A DNA stretch of 36,354 nucleotides from the IMG/VR virus record IMGVR_UViG_3300026105_000003, positions 1 to 36,354 of that record, one strand, 5' to 3'. The position numbers were made by a program, and so were the translations under genes. Positions 33,874-36,354 of this stretch are shown in pieces. The stretch comes from a virus (lineage: Duplodnaviria > Caudoviricetes). Each line of letters starts with the position of its first letter. Position 1 is the stretch's first letter. Below the pieces are notes generated by a model. The model saw only the letters and a program-made list of their open reading frames with translations. It was not told where the DNA came from and did no database searches.

Positions 33874-35870
33874 ATTTCACACTCCCGGATGGCGCGTGCA
33901 GCTGCACCGTAGCTGTTATCAATTTGTTCCACATCTACCCCTTGTTCGCGAGCATACTGCAGTATCTCATCTAACTGATCTTCGCTCACTGGTTCAGTTG
34001 ACCGCTCAGGTGCTCGTGTTCTAGAGACGTCAGAAACACGGTCAACGTCAAGATCCCGAGTATTAGCAAACGTGCTCCTGCTATTGCCCTGCTGTTTGAA
34101 ACCATAGCCAGTCATAATCTCTGCCAGATCATCCACTGACATTTCCCGGGCAGGTTTCATTTGACGGCGGCGAACGCCATCAAGCAATTCCTCCAGCTCA
34201 CGGGCACCAGCCAGAATCTCTTCCTGCAGGCGCTGCTCAGCCTTGGTCGGGCGGCCACGCCGTCCCCGGCGCTGCTCTTTAATGTAGCCAAGCTGCGCGG
34301 ATTTTTCGTCAAGCTCAGCTTCCTTGCGCTCAATAAACCGACGGCGCACACCTTCAATGCCATTGCGCTGTAGGGCTTCCCAGTCACCGCGGGCATTCTC
34401 TGGCATTTCATCAAGCAGCCGCTGTGCGATCTGTTTTTTGGCCCGCAGGTTGCCGTTGGCCGCAGACTCGACTGTGCGAAGCAAATCATCCTCACGACGA
34501 AAAGCGACACGGCGTGTCGGCTGGTCAAGATCACTGACTTCAATAAGCTGGCGCGCAACCTGACGGAACTCCGCTGGTGCAGCGTTGGCGTTACGATCAC
34601 GAATTGCTTTGGAAAGCTGCGTCACAACCTCATCTACCTGAGCTAGCGGACGTGTCGAATCTGCACCCGCCCGAGAATACTCTCTCCAGCGCAAAGCATC
34701 GCGTGCTTCTGGGAATCGTGCCTCGACCTCCGCACGGCGCTCCTGCAGGCTTTTTACAGTCAGCCGCTGCTCTGGGGTACGAGCAAAGTCAGGAGCTGCC
34801 TCAGCGGCTCTGGCTTCTTCTGCAACATCAATTAGGCCACGCTCGGTTAGGCGAGCAACTTGGCCCGGCGACGGCGTTTCGCTAGTCGCGTATTCAACGA
34901 TTGCGTCCAAGTCGCGAATTTCATCCTGACCAATCGGCGTCCGGGAACTTTCCTCGAACAGCCGTTGGCGCACCTCAAGAATGCCGTCATCAGGCAAACC
35001 AATGCCCCTAGCATATTCAAACGCCTCTTCGCTGTTATTGGCCACGTCATCAAGCCAACGCTCAACGCCGCCCTCGTATTCAGTAAACTGGTCACGAAAC
35101 TCTACTGGAACGTAGTCATCAGGTGGCTGCTGGGTGCCAGTCGGCACATCTGACGTTGCTGCTTCGGCAGCTGCTCGCTTTTCAGTAGCAGTAAATGCCC
35201 GAGAGAAAGCAGCCGCAGGTGGCACAAACGCAAAGGGTGCAACACCTGTCAGCACTGTCTCCATCGGATCAACTTCGCCATACACAGCAGTCTGAGCCGC
35301 GATGTTTAGCGGCACCGAGGCAGAAGAAATCTGAGCACTAGCGACAAAACTGTTGCGTAGCATCCCCGCGGTCGTTGTAGCTCGGGTAGCTGCAGAAATG
35401 GCCGGGCCGCCAACCCAGACTGTGGACAGGACTTCGGGGGCAACCATGCCACCGCCCATGGCACCAACAAAATGCGAGATATGACCAGCAGCGCTGCGCT
35501 CGTACGTTTGCAAAAAATTATCCCGCTTCGCCCTGCGCACGCGGTTACGGAACTGGCGCTCAGTAATTCCAGCCTCAAAGGGAATGTTTAGTTTGTCCCC
35601 AGTCATGGGGTCAGTGCGCAGCTCTTCGTACCGCTCGCTAGTCAGCGGCTGCGTTTCAGGATCCTGCACATGATCTTTGATCGACCGCCACTGATCTCTG
35701 GCATAACCAAAACCAGTAACCGCAACGCCTTGGCCCAGCGACTTCCAAAAACCGGCTTGGCGCTCGCCTTGGTTCAGCTTGCCCTGAATCGGAGTGCCAA
35801 ACAGAGACTCGCGCTCGTCACGGTAGACTGTTGCGCTTTTAGCTCCCAGCGTGCTTTTCAGCTCAGCCAT
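33870..35870 (-). CDS. Internal virion protein
   Basis: ATG 35870 (MAELKSTLG) overlapping the upstream stop; Gly/Ala hydrophobic segment then a charged helical region; within the ejection-protein cluster. Confidence 0.65.
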   Translation of the reverse strand: MAELKSTLGAKSATVYRDERESLFGTPIQGKLNQGERQAGFWKSLGQGVAVTGFGYARDQWRSIKDHVQDPETQPLTSERYEELRTDPMTGDKLNIPFEAGITERQFRNRVRRAKRDNFLQTYERSAAGHISHFVGAMGGGMVAPEVLSTVWVGGPAISAATRATTTAGMLRNSFVASAQISSASVPLNIAAQTAVYGEVDPMETVLTGVAPFAFVPPAAAFSRAFTATEKRAAAEAATSDVPTGTQQPPDDYVPVEFRDQFTEYEGGVERWLDDVANNSEEAFEYARGIGLPDDGILEVRQRLFEESSRTPIGQDEIRDLDAIVEYATSETPSPGQVARLTERGLIDVAEEARAAEAAPDFARTPEQRLTVKSLQERRAEVEARFPEARDALRWREYSRAGADSTRPLAQVDEVVTQLSKAIRDRNANAAPAEFRQVARQLIEVSDLDQPTRRVAFRREDDLLRTVESAANGNLRAKKQIAQRLLDEMPENARGDWEALQRNGIEGVRRRFIERKEAELDEKSAQLGYIKEQRRGRRGRPTKAEQRLQEEILAGARELEELLDGVRRRQMKPAREMSVDDLAEIMTGYGFKQQGNSRSTFANTRDLDVDRVSDVSRTRAPERSTEPVSEDQLDEILQYAREQGVDVEQIDNSYGAAARAIRECEI

Positions 35871-36354
35871 TCGGCAGACCCCTACGCACAAACGCCTTTA
35901 TGTCATCGCCCATGCTGTCCAGCCATTCATCACCACCAATTTCGATGGCATCGTTCACTTCAGCCTCACCCGCTGCTACAGCAGCCAAAGCTTTTTTGGT
36001 GTCGTTATCAAACTTCTCAAGCATGTCTGCATAGAACGTAATCGTACCGGCACGCAGTTCACTTTGGCGGTTAATAAACCCAAGGCCAGTACCCTCTCGC
36101 ATTTCCTGCGGCGAGCGAACCTCTGCTTGCTCTTGGTCAATCAAACGCAAACCGCGAAGCGCATACTCTGAAGGCTCAACAGCCGTACGCGGAGCGCCTG
36201 CACCTGGGCGCGAGCGAGCAAATTCTGTTTCTTCTGAATCGACTGGACGACTGCGCGGCTGAGCTTCTGGCACAATGCCGTCAGGCAACCGCTCAATCGA
36301 CTTGGCCGGCGACAGAGAGATAGCAGTAAACAGCGCTTTGGACTGATCCTCACT
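35863..36354 (-). CDS. 3' part of the internal virion protein that starts at 2223
   Basis: Open from 36354 (SEDQSKALF...) to the stop at 35863 and in frame with ...DSDRNFF ending at position 1. Confidence 0.8.
   Translation of the reverse strand, partial: SEDQSKALFTAISLSPAKSIERLPDGIVPEAQPRSRPVDSEETEFARSRPGAGAPRTAVEPSEYALRGLRLIDQEQAEVRSPQEMREGTGLGFINRQSELRAGTITFYADMLEKFDNDTKKALAAVAAGEAEVNDAIEIGGDEWLDSMGDDIKAFVRRGLPNG

Overview
The window looks like a complete, circularly permuted ~36.4 kb genome of a podovirus-type tailed phage. One reading frame runs from 2223 through position 1 and continues in frame at 36354. Two gene arms diverge from a non-coding control region at ~11990-12790. The minus arm holds terS, terL, portal, scaffold, major capsid, tail tubular A/B, internal virion proteins, tail fibre, an Mtd-like receptor-binding protein, a lysis cassette and a metallophosphoesterase. 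The plus arm holds small early genes, a beta-clamp-like protein, family A DNA polymerase, a Cas4-like nuclease, DUF3310, VRR-NUC, an SNF2 helicase, an SSB-like protein, an HTH protein and a primase-helicase. The morphogenesis genes are T7/BPP-1-like, but I see no RNA polymerase, integrase or tRNA. Sigma70 promoters, IHF-consensus sites and acidic proteins suggest a (halophilic?) proteobacterial host (inference). Highlights: (1) a complete type II hammerhead ribozyme in the early operon; (2) an Mtd-like DGR-type target gene followed by a 21-codon Avd-like stub, with no RT or template repeat in the genome; (3) a DDxxD isoprenoid-synthase-like gene inside the head operon; (4) a capsid leader with two hairpins sharing the same internal loop; (5) an iteron/IHF origin-like region next to a candidate packaging site. 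All product calls come from motif recognition by eye; no database searches were run.
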